NCBI RefSeq assembly: GCF_006345805.1
Contig: NC_043022.1
Coordinates: 5,270,001 to 5,334,000, forward strand
DNA: 64,000 nt
Source: Octopus sinensis
Lineage: Eukaryota
Direction of reading: 5' to 3'
In this document: piece after piece, positions 52,645-64,000 of the stretch
Layout of the letters: each line of letters opens with the position of its first letter
Numbering within the stretch: the first letter of the stretch is position 1
Program-made: the position numbers and the translations under genes
Notes under the pieces: model-generated
What the model saw: the letters and a program-made list of their open reading frames with translations, nothing else
Database searches by the model: none
Told to the model about the DNA's origin: nothing

Positions 52645-53055
52645 GGCGCAGGAGTGGCTGTGTGGTAAGTAGCTTGTTTACCAACCACATGGTTCCGGGT
52701 TCAGTCCCACTGCATGGCACCTTGGGCAAGTGTCTTCTACTATAGCCTCAGACAGACCAAAGCCTTGTGAGTGGATTTGGTAGACAGAAAACTGAAAGAA
52801 GCCCGTCATATATATGTATATATATGTATGTGTGCGTGTATGTTTGTGTGTCTGTGTTTGTCCCCCTAGCATTGATTAACAACCGATGCTGGTGTGTTTA
52901 TGTCCCCATCACTTAGCGGTTCGGCAAAAGAGACCGATAGATTAAGTACTGGGCTTACAACGAATAAGTCCTGGGGTCGATTTGCTCGATTAAAGGCGAT
53001 GCTCCAGCATGGCCGCAGTCAAATGACTGAAACAAGTAAAAGAGTAAAAGAGTAA
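52645..53055 (+). mobile_element. SINE family S1, full length
   Basis: Near-identical to other S1 copies. Confidence 0.92.
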
Positions 53056-54419
53056 GAGAGAGTAGAAAGGTTGAGGATTCACAAATGTCATCTCCACACC
53101 CAACAGGACATAGTTCTGTAGGAGACAATGGGGGAGAGAGAGAGAGAGAGAGAGAGAGCAAGACCATGTGATTGATTGACCTGTTAGAAACAATAGCCTG
53201 TTATTCAAAATAATGGAGGAGGTGGGTGAGAAAAGGTGAGGAGGATGAGGGGAGAATATGAGGGAGAAGGCAGGTAAGGAAGGGAGAGGAGGAAGGAGAG
53301 AGGAGGCTGTGGTGGCATGTTAATAATAATAATTTAATCTAAATTTTTAAAAGTTAACATTTTTTATTAATAATTTTTGCTAAGAATAAATGTTTTTTCT
53401 TTAAATAACCTGCATCAGAGAAAATTTGAACAAAATAAGACAAATAACCAAAGTGTAAAGATCCAAGAAATAAAATCAAAATAAGTGTATATTTAATTAA
53501 TTAAAACAATGGTATAGTTAATTAAAATAAGTTTTAATTCAGTTAGTTAAAATAAATGTTAAGTCAATTATTTAAGATATATTCAATTATTTAAATTAAT
53601 TGAATATTTACTTAATTAAAACAAGAGAAAATTCAACACATTTGACCAACACAAACTTAATTAAAACAAATGTATAGTTTGTTAATTACATTTAGTTCAG
53701 TTAATTACAGTATAGTTGGTTAATTAATATAAGTACATATTCACTAAATTGGAATAAACCCCACAGCGTATATTGTGAAGTGGTTGGCATTAGGATGGTC
53801 ATTCAGTTGTAAAAACCATGCCAGGGTGGAGACTGGGGTATACTGCAGTCTTTGGATCCACCGGATCCTGTGAAACCATCCAACCGATGCCAGAATGGAA
53901 CAAGGAGGTTAAATGAAAATGAGGATGTATTGTTATCAGTTTGATACAATAAGTGTAATAAGGCAGGATAAAGGTTCTTCTTGAGTCATACAGACTCATA
54001 GGTCCTGCTTCCTTGTTTCTCTGGCATATAAAATCCCCACCTGGATGGGATGCCAGTCCCTCACAGGGTCACTTATTTTTGTTAGCTGAGTGGACTGGAG
54101 CAATGTGAAATGAAGTGTTTTGCTCAAGAACACAATATATTGCCCGGTCCAGGAATTGAAACCACAATCTTATGATCATGAGCCCAAGCAGGATGGGAAG
54201 CTGGTCTGTCACTGGATGACTCCTTTTTGCCAGCTGAGTGGACTGGAGCAATGTGAAATGAAGTGTTTTGCTCAAGAACACAATGCATTGCCTGGTCAGG
54301 AATTGAAACCACAATCTTACAATCATGAGTCCAACACCCCTAACCACTAAGCCATGTGCCTTTAGATACAGTAAGTGTATATTTGGTTAATTAATGATCG
54401 TCAATCAATCGGATTTTGT

Positions 54420-54760
54420 ATCTAACCAACGACTCTGCTCAGAAACTGGGGTGAGTCCTGTTACTTGTATAATTCTGGAGTGTCAGCTTAGGCTGTTTGG
54501 TCATGTTGCTCGATTTTCTGAGTCAGACCCTGTTTACTGTGTTCTGTTCACTGAGGATCCGGTTGGGTTGAAGGCTCATGTTGGTCTACCACATGCCACA
54601 CGGTCATGGCAGATGAAGGGGTAGCATGCGGAGATGGGGACTGAGTGGGATTCTTACTCAATGGGTCACTCAGCTGAAACTGGGAACAGCCTGACGAATG
54701 GCATTTGCAGCAATGTGCTGCAACTGTGCTGCAACCCCAGCAGCCCTAGATTAACCATTG
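54420..54760 (+). mobile_element. RTE LINE 3' fragment
   Basis: QLRLFGHVARF motif of the RTE ORF2 C-terminus. Confidence 0.65.
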
Positions 54761-55650
54761 AACAAGATGAACACATGCTTTAGACATCAAGGGAAGGGGA
54801 GGGGGCACCACGGAAATGGTAAATGGTTCACGGCACAAAAGAAATCACTTTAAATTTGTTAAAATAATATTCAAAGTGGTTTTGATGATGAGAAATATAA
54901 TTTCAAAGTCTTCATGATGTCATAATGAGGATCTGATTAAAGACTTTGCAATTAAGAAAAAGCTAGAGAAAACTTCTTCAAATTTAAATAAAGTGGAAAT
55001 ATACAAAAATAAACATTATTGAGTTTGCCTTTCCAAATGTAGACATTGCCTTCAATTCATTTTAAACATTAAGGGTTACAAATTGCTCAGCTGAGCATTC
55101 ATTCTTTCGGTTGAAGTATATTAAAAATCCCATAAGAACATCCGATTAGGCCCAGTTTTCATCCCAAAATGCACTCTCTTGCTTTTGCACTCTCTTCTTA
55201 GCTGCTTTACAATGTGTGCATCATACATTGCTGCACAAGCAGGAAAAAATACCTTTTATATTTCCATACAAGCACACATATGCACACACACAAGGCAGGC
55301 TGGATGCCTTATCTCTGCTAAGTAAAGAAGCAGATGTGTTATGTAAGATTACTTATGATCAAAGACTTTGCAATTTTTCAAAAAAATAAGAGAAAACTTT
55401 TCAATTGTAAATAAAAGTGGGAGTTACCAAAAATAAACGTAGTTTTCCATTTTTCTGTTTTGTTTCATTTTGAAAAAAAAAAACTTTATTTTATGGTTTA
55501 TTATTGTTTATATTTTGAATGACATATATATGGGGGGCACCAAAATCTTCTAAGTGCTTAGGGCCTTTATGGGTCTTAATGCAACACTGCCATACACCTG
55601 ATCTAACCCGTCATAAATCAATCAGATCATAATTAAAACGAGCTTCTTAC

Positions 55651-55862
55651 CGCAGTAGTTTGTCTGTGTTTGTCAATGGGTGGCAGCCATAAATGAAGTT
55701 GTCCATCTTTGTGGTAAAAGGAAACTTCTTGCAAGACACGATGGAGGGACAATCCATTGGCATGGATTCCATTTTGTTGAAGCCATTCCTCTGAAGTGAG
55801 GGTCATCTCATTAAGTTGTGTCCTTGTGGGTGTTTTTAATTGGTCGTCAATCTGTTCAGGAT
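55651..55862 (-). CDS. VWA3B: VWA3B-like exon
   Basis: ttgtag| acceptor, |gtaaga donor; (D)PEQIDD...TSEEWLQQNGIHANGLSLHRVLQEVSFYHKDG resembles VWA3B WLQKYGLKAQKLSLYDVLADCSFRHADG; 212 nt, phase 1 to 0. Confidence 0.85.
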
Positions 55863-56559
55863 CTACAATAATGCAATGGCAGAAATGTAACTTGCTTCAA
55901 TTTGTGTGCATGTATCTATTTATACACACATATATGCATCTATATTTGTACTTTTATACGCACACACACTTGTATGTATGAATATGTAATAAAGATATGA
56001 TTTAGGTGTGAGCCTCTATAAGTTTCATGTTGCATTTGTACAGCAGTAGGATGTGCTTGTATAGCATGTTGTGTACTATCCTGTAACCTTTCAGGTTTAA
56101 ATAAAACACACACATAAAAAAAACAAAAATAAAAAACCATGAAACTTAAAGTAGTTCACATTTAAATCCTGTGTTTCTTAAATGATATTTATCTCTCACT
56201 GCGTGGAGTAGTAAGTTTGTTGATCATGAAACAGTAAACTATATATACATACAAACCATCCGATAAGACAATCCAAACGTTGCCAGCGTCGCCTTGGCTG
56301 GCTTCCGTGCCGCTGGCACGTTAAAAGCTCCAACCGATCGTGACCGATGCCGGACCCCACCTGGAACCTGTGCAGGTGGCACGTAAAAAGCACCCACTAC
56401 ACTCGCGGAGTGGTTGGCGTTAGGAAGGACATCCAGCCGTAGAAACTCTGCCAGATCAGCCTGGAGCAGCCCCTGGCTTCCCAGACCCCGGTCGAACCGT
56501 CCAACCCGTGCTAGCGCGGAAAACGGACGTTAAACGATGATGATGATGATGATGATGAT

Positions 56560-57270
56560 ACATGTGGTGTGCAAGAGAAATGACTGGGCTGGTATGGTCG
56601 TGTGTTGTATATGGATGAGGACAGATGTGTGAAAAAGTGTCACACCCTAGCAGTAGAGAGAACCTGTGGAAGGGGTAGACCCAAGAAGACCTGGGATGAG
56701 GTGGTAAAGCATGACCTTTGAATGTTGGGCCTCACAGAGGTGATGACAAGTGACCAAGACCTTTGGAGATATGCCGTGCTTGAGAAGACCCGGAAAGCCA
56801 AGTGAGATGATAACCCATGGCCTATGCCAGTGCAGCATAACCAGCCCATTTAAGAGTACCCTTCAATCATTGGGCAATAAACTGCGCTTGCAAAGACCTG
56901 TCGAGGCAAGTGAAGTCATTGTTGTCGCCGATGACAGTATCGCCTGATTGGCACACATGCCGGTGGCACGTAAAAGGCACCATTTGAGCATGATCGATGC
57001 CAGTACTACCTGACTGGTTCCATGCTGGTGGCATGTAAAAATCACCATTCAAGCATGGTTGATGCCAGTACTACCTGATTGGCCCACGTGTCGGTGGCAC
57101 ATAAAAAGTACCCACTACACTCAGAGTTGTTGGCATTAAGAAGGGCATCCAGCCGTAGAAACCCTACCAGATGAGATTGGATCCAATGCAGCCTTCTGGC
57201 TTGCTAGCCCTTAATCAAACTACCCAACCAATGCCAGCATGGAAAGCAGACATCAAACGATGATGATGAT
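56560..57270 (+). mobile_element. RTE LINE 3' end with 3'UTR
   Basis: LGWYGRVLYMDEDRCVKK...GRGRPKKTWDEVVKHDL followed by the shared RTE tail and (GAT)n. Confidence 0.82.
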
Positions 57271-57310
57271 GATATACATATATTATATATATATGTGTGT
57301 GTGTGTATAT

Positions 57311-57529
57311 ATACTCTTTTACTCTTTAACTAAGTTTCAGTCATTTGACTACGGCCATGCTGGAGCACCGCCTTTAATCGAGCAAATCGACCCCGGGACT
57401 TATTCATTTGTAAGCCCAGTACTTATTCTATCGGTCTCTTTTGCCAAACCACTAAGTAACGGGGGACATAAACACACCAGCATCGGTTGTCAAGCAATGC
57501 TAGGGGGACAAACACAGACACACACACGC

Positions 57530-57560
<31 letters not shown>

Positions 57561-57729
57561 AATATACGACGGGCTTCTTTCAGTTTCCGTCTACCAAATC
57601 CACTCACAAGGCTTTGGTCGGCCCGAGGCTATAGTAGAAGACACTTGCCCAAGGTGCCACGCAGTGGGACTGAACCCGAAACCATGTGGTTGGTAAACAA
57701 GCTACTTACCACACAGCCACTCCTGCACC

Positions 57730-57763
<34 letters not shown>

Positions 57764-57941
57764 ATATACACAAATATACGACGGGCTTCTTTCAGTTTCC
57801 GTCTACCAAATCCACTCACAAGGCTTTGGTCGGCCCGAGGCTATAGTAGAAGACACTTGCCCAAGGTGCCACGCAGTGGGACTGAACCCGAAACCATGTG
57901 GTTGGTAAACAAGCTACTTACCACACAGCCACTCCTGCACC
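57311..57941 (-). mobile_element. SINE family S1 with tandemly duplicated head (about 212-bp period)
   Basis: 57560-57730 repeated at 57772-57941 with (TA)n junctions. Confidence 0.88.
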
Positions 57942-57984
<43 letters not shown>

Positions 57985-58394
57985 TATATGTATGTATATA
58001 TGTATATATGTGGGCAAATCAACAAAAGCAATACAAATAAAAACAAAAAAGGCAAATACAGTGAATGTATTAGGTTGACAGTGAACGAGCGTACATATAT
58101 ATGTACATATATGAGTGTGTGTGTATGTGTGTATATATATGTATGTATGTGCATATATATATGTGTGTGTATGTATGTGTATATATATGTGTGCGTGTGT
58201 ACATAGATATATATGTGTGTGTGCATGTGTGTATGTATACACACACACACACACATCCACCCAATGTATGCATGCTTGTCTGTGTATGTGTCTGAATTTG
58301 TTTTTGAAGAATGTCATTTCGATGGCAATTTACGCAGTTTTCTCACTAAAAGACACAATTAAAAAGCCTAAGTGAGCAGTGGAAGAATACAAAC

Positions 58395-58612
58395 CGAATT
58401 TTATTGGCGCTGAGGAATCTATAAGAGCTCTTATTTCATCCAGAGTATTTCTTCCTTCTTCAATCTCATCAAAAATTAATACCACATCTTGCCTCGGTGA
58501 CACAGCAGCTGGCAGTTTTAAAACTGTTGATTCCCGCACTCTGTCATCCCTGCACCCATGGGAATTCGCCAGTCGTTTTCCAAAACTGGGATCTGTATTA
58601 TAAGCATGAAAC
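58395..58612 (-). CDS. VWA3B: VWA3B-like gene, first exon visible in window (internal exon)
   Basis: tttatag|G acceptor, G|gtttgt donor; reads (R)FHAYNTDP...LKLPAAVSPRQDVVLIFDEIEEGRNTLDEIRALI, resembling VWA3B RFHAF...KLPPGAGVREDVFLVWQEMEEACSTLAQIQRLV; 218 nt, phase 2 to 1. Confidence 0.85.
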
Positions 58613-58768
58613 CTATAAATATATTTTATTTCATTTTAATTTGCAAAATAAGGATCATTATATTTTTTCTTTCATTTACATAAAAGCAATAATCGACAAT
58701 AAATTTAAATTCTATTTCAAATGATTGCTCAAACTGGAATTGTTTTAGTATCCGCCCCGTATATACAT

Positions 58769-59140
58769 ATATATAAAATTTCTATAATTATGAGTATAAT
58801 TATAATTAAGGTTCAGCAAAAATTTGCTTCACCACATACCGAAATTTAGAAATAGCAACTTCAGTATGTGGTGAAGCTGCATTTCACTGAATCCTAATTA
58901 TAATTATACTCATAATTATAAAAAGTTTTTTTTTTTGTGTGTGTATATATATATATATATATAGATAGATAGATAGATAGATGATAGATAGATAGATAGA
59001 TAGTAATACTTTATAATTAGGGTTCAGCAAAAATTTGCTTCACCACATACCGAAATTTAGAAATAGCAACTTCAGTATGTGGTGAAGCAAATTTTTGCTG
59101 AACCCTAATTATAATTATACTCATAATTATAAAATTTTAT
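58769..59140. mobile_element. Two tandem palindromic MITE-like elements
   Basis: Second copy has a perfect 40-bp inverted repeat (59011-59050 / 59075-59114); first copy (58769-58925) is the same element, diverged. Confidence 0.8.
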
Positions 59141-59508
59141 GTATAAGTTTACTGATAATGGTTCTTTTAACATACTGAACTACTTGGTAAAATTATTAAT
59201 TATTAATTAATTAATTAATTTTACTCTTTATTATTATTATTATTATATATATATATATACAAATTAAAAGTAGTGCTAATGTAGTAAACATTATCGACCG
59301 CACTCACTCAGTGTACTGCTTGTGTGCCGGTTTGCTGTGCATCAGCACTTTAGGGGTGACCTCCCACCCTCATAGCACTCGGTGTTAAAACATCTGAATG
59401 TCATTGGCAGGGGAGACAACTTGCCTTGAATCCCACCCAGGGGTGGTGGATATCCACCCCTCCTAATGATATTTGATTTACAAATGTATTTGGGTTTTTT
59501 AAATATTG

Positions 59509-59731
59509 AGTTCTTTATTACCCACAAGAGGCTAATCATAGAGGGGACAAACAAGGACAGCGAAAGGGACTAAGTCGATTACATCGACCCCAGTGTGTAA
59601 CTGGTACTTATTTAATTGATCCTGAAAGGATAAGAGGCAAAGTCGACCTCGGTGGAATTTGAACTCAGAACGTAGTGACAGACGATATACCGTTAAGCAT
59701 TTCATCCAGCGTGCTAACGATTCTGCCAGCT
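59509..59731 (-). mobile_element. SINE family S2
   Basis: Matches other S2 copies. Confidence 0.82.
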
Positions 59732-60554
59732 TTCTTAAATATTAAATGGAAAAGAGGGCCCACCCATGTGAAACAGAAATCAGAGGGGCTCATATGGGCA
59801 GGCATGGCTGTGTGGTAAGAAGTTTGCTTCCTAACCACATGGTTGCGGGTTCAATCCCAATGCATGGTACTTTGGGCAAGTGTCTTCTACCATAGCACCA
59901 AGCTGACCAAATCCTTGTGAGTGGATTTGGCAGATGGAAACTGAAAGAAGCCCATATCCATATGTATGCATGCATGTATGTATGTATATATGTACGTATT
60001 TATGTACTTACATATGTATGCATAAATGTATGTATGTATGTATGTACGTACTTAGGTATGTATGCCTATACATATGTATGCATGTATGTATGTATGTGTA
60101 TATGTATGTATCTATGAATGCATGTATGTACGTATATATAAATGTATGTATGTGTTTGTACTTGTGCTTCATCACCACTTGATGACCAGTGTCAGTTTGT
60201 TTACATCCCTGCAACTTAGTAATTGGTAAGAGATAAAAAAAGAACCAGACTTTAAAAATAGCTACTCAGGTTTGTTTGTTTAACTGAAATTCTTCAAGGC
60301 AGAGCCCCAGTATGAACTGTGGCCATGCTGGAGCACAGCCTTGACTGAAACAAGCAAAAGATGGAAAATAAAAGAGGCCCTTTACCTGGCATTTGTACAA
60401 CTGGAAAGTTCTTTCAGAATGTCAAAAGTCTGATGCGAGGGACAGTTTAAGGAGACAGTGTGAACAGGGATTCTCCTAGGAGCCCTCAATATCTGGAGAG
60501 AAAAAAAAAAGGTTCTATATTTAAGAGATGAGGAATTATGTACATTATTTACAA

Positions 60555-60672
60555 TTGACAGATATTTGTCCTCTTCATGTTGTTAACATGTTTTGGCTGA
60601 TATACCCTCCAGACTTCATCAGGTGTCTTAGGGAAATTTCGAACCTGGGTTCTCATTCCTAAGGTATTTTTT
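60555..60672 (-). mobile_element. Family B element with decayed hammerhead motif (60583-60627)
   Basis: Minus strand GACAC CTGATGA A GTCTG...CAGCC AAAAC ATGTT; homologous to 61250-61385. Confidence 0.72.
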
Positions 60673-60673
60673 G

Positions 60674-61046
60674 AGGAGTGGTTGTGTGGTAAGTAGCTTG
60701 CTAACCAACCACATGGTTCCGGGTTCAGTCCCACTGCGTGGTACCTTGGGCGAGTGTCTTCTACTATAGCCTCGGGCCAACCAAAGCCTTGTGAGTGGAT
60801 TTGTTAGATGGAAACTGAATGAAGCCTGTTGTATATACATGTGTGTCTATGTTTGTTCCCCCATCATCACTTGACAACCCATGTTGGTGTGTTTATGCTC
60901 CTGTAACCTAGTGGTTTGGCAAAAGAGACCGATAAAGTAAGTACTAGGCTTCCAAAGAGTAAGTCCTGGGGTCGATTTACTTGACTAAAGACAGTGCTCC
61001 AGCATGGCCACAGTCAAATGACTGAAGCAAGTAAAAGAATAAAGAA
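60674..61046 (+). mobile_element. SINE family S1
   Basis: Matches other S1 copies. Confidence 0.88.
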
Positions 61047-61073
61047 AAGAATTATTATTATTCAAACCACTGC

Positions 61074-61178
61074 CTGGAATTGAACTCGGAATCTTGGGGT
61101 TAGTAGCCCGCGCTCAGAAAACTTAACAATGGTTAAGATTGCGGGCTACTAACTACAAGATTCCGAGTTCAATTCCAG
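61074..61178. repeat. tRNA-like inverted repeat (38-bp stem, 2 mismatches)
   Basis: 61074-61111 is the reverse complement of 61141-61178 except 2 nt; the arm contains B-box GAGTTCAATTCC. Confidence 0.88.
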
Positions 61179-61205
61179 CCAATGACCTCAATAATAATAA
61201 TAATA

Positions 61206-61243
<38 letters not shown>

Positions 61244-61285
61244 TATCAAAAAATACCCTAGAAATGAGCTTCGAAATTTCCCCAA

Positions 61286-61331
61286 GACACCTGATGAAGG
61301 CTGGAGGATATATCAGCCGAAACGTTGTGCT
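61286..61331 (+). ncRNA. Putative minimal type I hammerhead ribozyme in a family B element
   Basis: GACAC CUGAUGA A GGCUG-(10 nt)-CAGCC GAAAC GUU GUGCU: canonical core, 5-bp stem II, palindromic ACGU stem III, stem I GACAC/GUGCU (3 bp, mismatch, wobble). Confidence 0.7.
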
Positions 61332-61984
61332 GACAACAAACAAGATGAGGACAAATATCCATTAAATGTAAATAATGTAAATAACGAAAAAAAAGGGGTT
61401 TTGCAAAATCTTTGAAAACAAAGGAGAAAATTGAGACTTGGTTGTTGTCATGTTAGAAATAGCAGCTAAATCACACACATCATGCCCTGATGGCTTAAAT
61501 ATAGATAGAATACATTACCCAATGTAGCTTTTAAGATGGCAATCTGGCAGAATCGTTAGCACGGTGGGTAAAATGATTAGCAGCAGTTCATCTGTCTTTA
61601 TGATCTGAGTTCAAATTCTGCTGAGAAGTCGACTTTACCTTTTATCCCTTTCAGGGCCAGTAAAATATGTACCAGTTGGGTACTGGTGTCAATGTAAATG
61701 ACTAAATCCTTTCCCAAGAAATTGCAGGAATTTTGCCAAAATTTGAAACCAACAAAGGTGGCAAGCTGGCTTTACGTTCTGAGTTCAAATCCCACCAAGG
61801 TCAACTTTTCTTTTCATCCTTTTGGGGTTGATAAAATAAGTACCAGTGAGACACTGGGGTCGATGTAATTGACAATCCCCCTCCTCTCCAATTTCAGGCC
61901 TCGTCCTCATAGTTGAAAGAATCATCATCATCATCATCATCATTATTCCTTCGTAACACGGTGTAGGTAATAATGCACAGGAGT

Positions 61985-62690
61985 CTTTAGTCATCTGTCA
62001 AGTCACAACAAGGACCTCAGACAGATGATACTTTCCTTAAGATTTGCACTGTGCCCAGTAAGGCTGCTTTTTGCAAGGCATCAATCTTGCATGGGATTTC
62101 CAGTTGCCTTAAGAAGTCTTGAAGTTTCAATGGGATTGAGCCCAACACTCCGGTCACCACTGGTATCACTTTTACATTACCCTCTCGCATTCCATACAGT
62201 CTTGCCATTTCCACTTTGAATTCGGAGTACTTGGTGATTTTTTTCAACCCCTTTACTCACAACTTTGTTGTCATTTGGTATGGCTACATCAATGATCTGA
62301 CAGTATTTGTCTCTCTTATCCAATATGACAATATCCAGCCAATGGTGTTCGACAACACGATCTGTCTGAAAATCATAGTCCCAGAGTATCTTCACTTTTC
62401 CATCCTCCTGCACAACTTTACTTGGTACATGCTCATACCAGTTCTCTGTTACTTCATATTGGTATTTACGTTATAAGAGCCACTGGAAATACACACACGC
62501 TTTATCGTGACGCTGCTTGTATTCTTTTTGTGCAAGGCTCTCACATTCATTTACCAAGTGGATCACATTTTCCACACTCTTTCCACAGAGTCTGCATTTC
62601 TGAGTGTCAGAAGTTTTATAGATGTTATACTTCACTGAATTGGTAGCAAGAGCCTGGTCTTGTGCGGCAATGATCAGGCTTTCGGTTGTA
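61985..62690 (-). mobile_element. RLE-type (R4/Dong-like) LINE 3' fragment
   Basis: ESLIIAAQDQAL, CRLCGKSVENVIHLVNEC zinc knuckle, KILWDYDFQTD...DIVILDK...IDVAIP...IPVVTGVLG endonuclease; frameshifted; abuts (ATT)n. Confidence 0.88.
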
Positions 62691-62721
62691 GTTATTATTA
62701 TTATTATTATTATTATGATTA

Positions 62722-62933
62722 AGGTGGTAAACTGGCAGAATCGTTTGTATGTCAGGAGAAATTCTTTGTGGCACTTCATCTGTCTGCATGTCCTTAGTTC
62801 AAGTTTTGCCAAAGTCAACTTTGCCTTTCATCCTTTCGGGGTCGATAAATTAAGTACCAGCGAAACACTGGGGTCAAGGCAATCAACTCATCCCCTTCCC
62901 CAAAATTGTTGCCCTTGTGGAAAAATTTGAAAC

Positions 62934-62935
<2 letters not shown>
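62722..62935 (+). mobile_element. SINE family S2 variant
   Basis: GGTGGTAAACTGGCAGAATCG head and CTTTCATCCTTTCGGGGTCGATAAA body. Confidence 0.78.
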
Positions 62936-62968
<33 letters not shown>

Positions 62969-63304
62969 CTGCCTTAGCAAAGGCGGAGGTATTGTTTTCA
63001 GTTGTGTTTGTTTGTCCGTGGACAAGATATCTCAAGAACCACTGGATGTATTCAGATGAATCTTTCAGGGATGTTTGGCCTTGTGACTGGCCCAAACTGA
63101 TTAGATTTTGGGATTGATCCAGTACCAGACAAGGATTCTGGATTATTTTTCAGTTTTTTTAACTTAATTTTTGAGAGTGGTCAGGTTCATTTTTAGTATT
63201 CTTGTTTGTGAGCACAGTCGAGGTTATTTCAGAAAATCATTTCTGGCTAATTAAGAGGATTTTAGTGTTGCTTTGGCAAAGGTTTGTGCTCTCTGAATGC
63301 TCTT

Positions 63305-63485
63305 GTCATCGTCGTCGTTGTCGTCGTCATCACCACCACCATCACCATCACCATCACCACCACCACCACTACCACTACCACCACCACCACCACCACCATC
63401 ACCATCACCATCATCATCACCATCACCACCATCACCATCACCATCACCACCATCACCATCACCATCATCATCATCATCATTATTA
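63305..63485. repeat. (CAC/CAT)n microsatellite
   Basis: Direct inspection; source of poly-His/Pro/Thr ORFs. Confidence 0.95.
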
Positions 63486-64000
63486 TTTTCATTATTAAGG
63501 TGGTGAGCTGTCAGAATGGTTACCATACTGGACTTTTCTTTTCATCCTTTTAGGGTTGATAAAATAAGTACCAGTTGGTCAAAGGGGTCAATGTAATTAA
63601 TTAACCTTCCTCCCACAAAATTTGAAACCAATGTACAAAAAAGATGGGATGGGCATGGATGGAATAATCTATTCTTTAAAGGATAACTTGTGCTTAAACA
63701 ACGACAACAAACATGTGGATACCTTTCTGGCCATGACAGACCCCAATGACAAACTAGAACAAACTCTGGCCAATGATGGAGTCTCTGTGTGGTTGCTTAA
63801 TGTTCTAGAAACAGCAGCTAAATCTCTCTCTCAAATTGCACCATACTGTCTTTGAGAAAATGGAAGGACGTACTGGACTATGTCTTTCTAGAATAAACTT
63901 AAATTACATCCGAATATATTGGATGGTCATACTTGGAATGCCTTTAACCCTAGGTTTACTCAATCTGAGTTGACCTTGGCTTAAATAACAATGACAACAA

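Noticed and set aside
63622-63855. 77-aa plus-strand ORF in unique sequence
   Set aside because: Starts within a SINE tail, has no recognisable motif and no clear splice context

Overview
Repeat-dense, AT-rich animal genomic DNA, most likely Octopus (inferred from the tRNA-derived SINE families and the very high (TA)n/(CA)n/(CATA)n/(AAT)n/(GGT)n load). One protein-coding gene can be reconstructed by hand on the minus strand: a VWA3B-like gene. It has 12 phase-consistent GT-AG exons from 58612 down to 14497 (1905 nt, about 635 codons) and an intact MIDAS-type VWA domain. The 5' exons appear to lie beyond the window, and I found no intact continuation 3' of 14497. The rest is introns and flank filled with several SINE families, decayed LINEs (CR1-group, RTE, RLE/R4-Dong-like), a Tc1 transposase relic, mariner/piggyBac/hAT-type MITEs, a non-autonomous Helitron, a solo LTR, and mini- and microsatellites. 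Almost all ORFs in the supplied track are microsatellite or SINE artefacts. The most interesting signal is two families of short interspersed elements that fold into minimal type I hammerhead ribozymes with a palindromic 2-bp stem III (dimer type). One has a canonical core and sits next to a tRNA-like fold-back (61074-61331). The other has U at core position 6 in all three copies, two of them sense-oriented in one VWA3B intron. All similarity statements come from my recall of the families, not from database searches.
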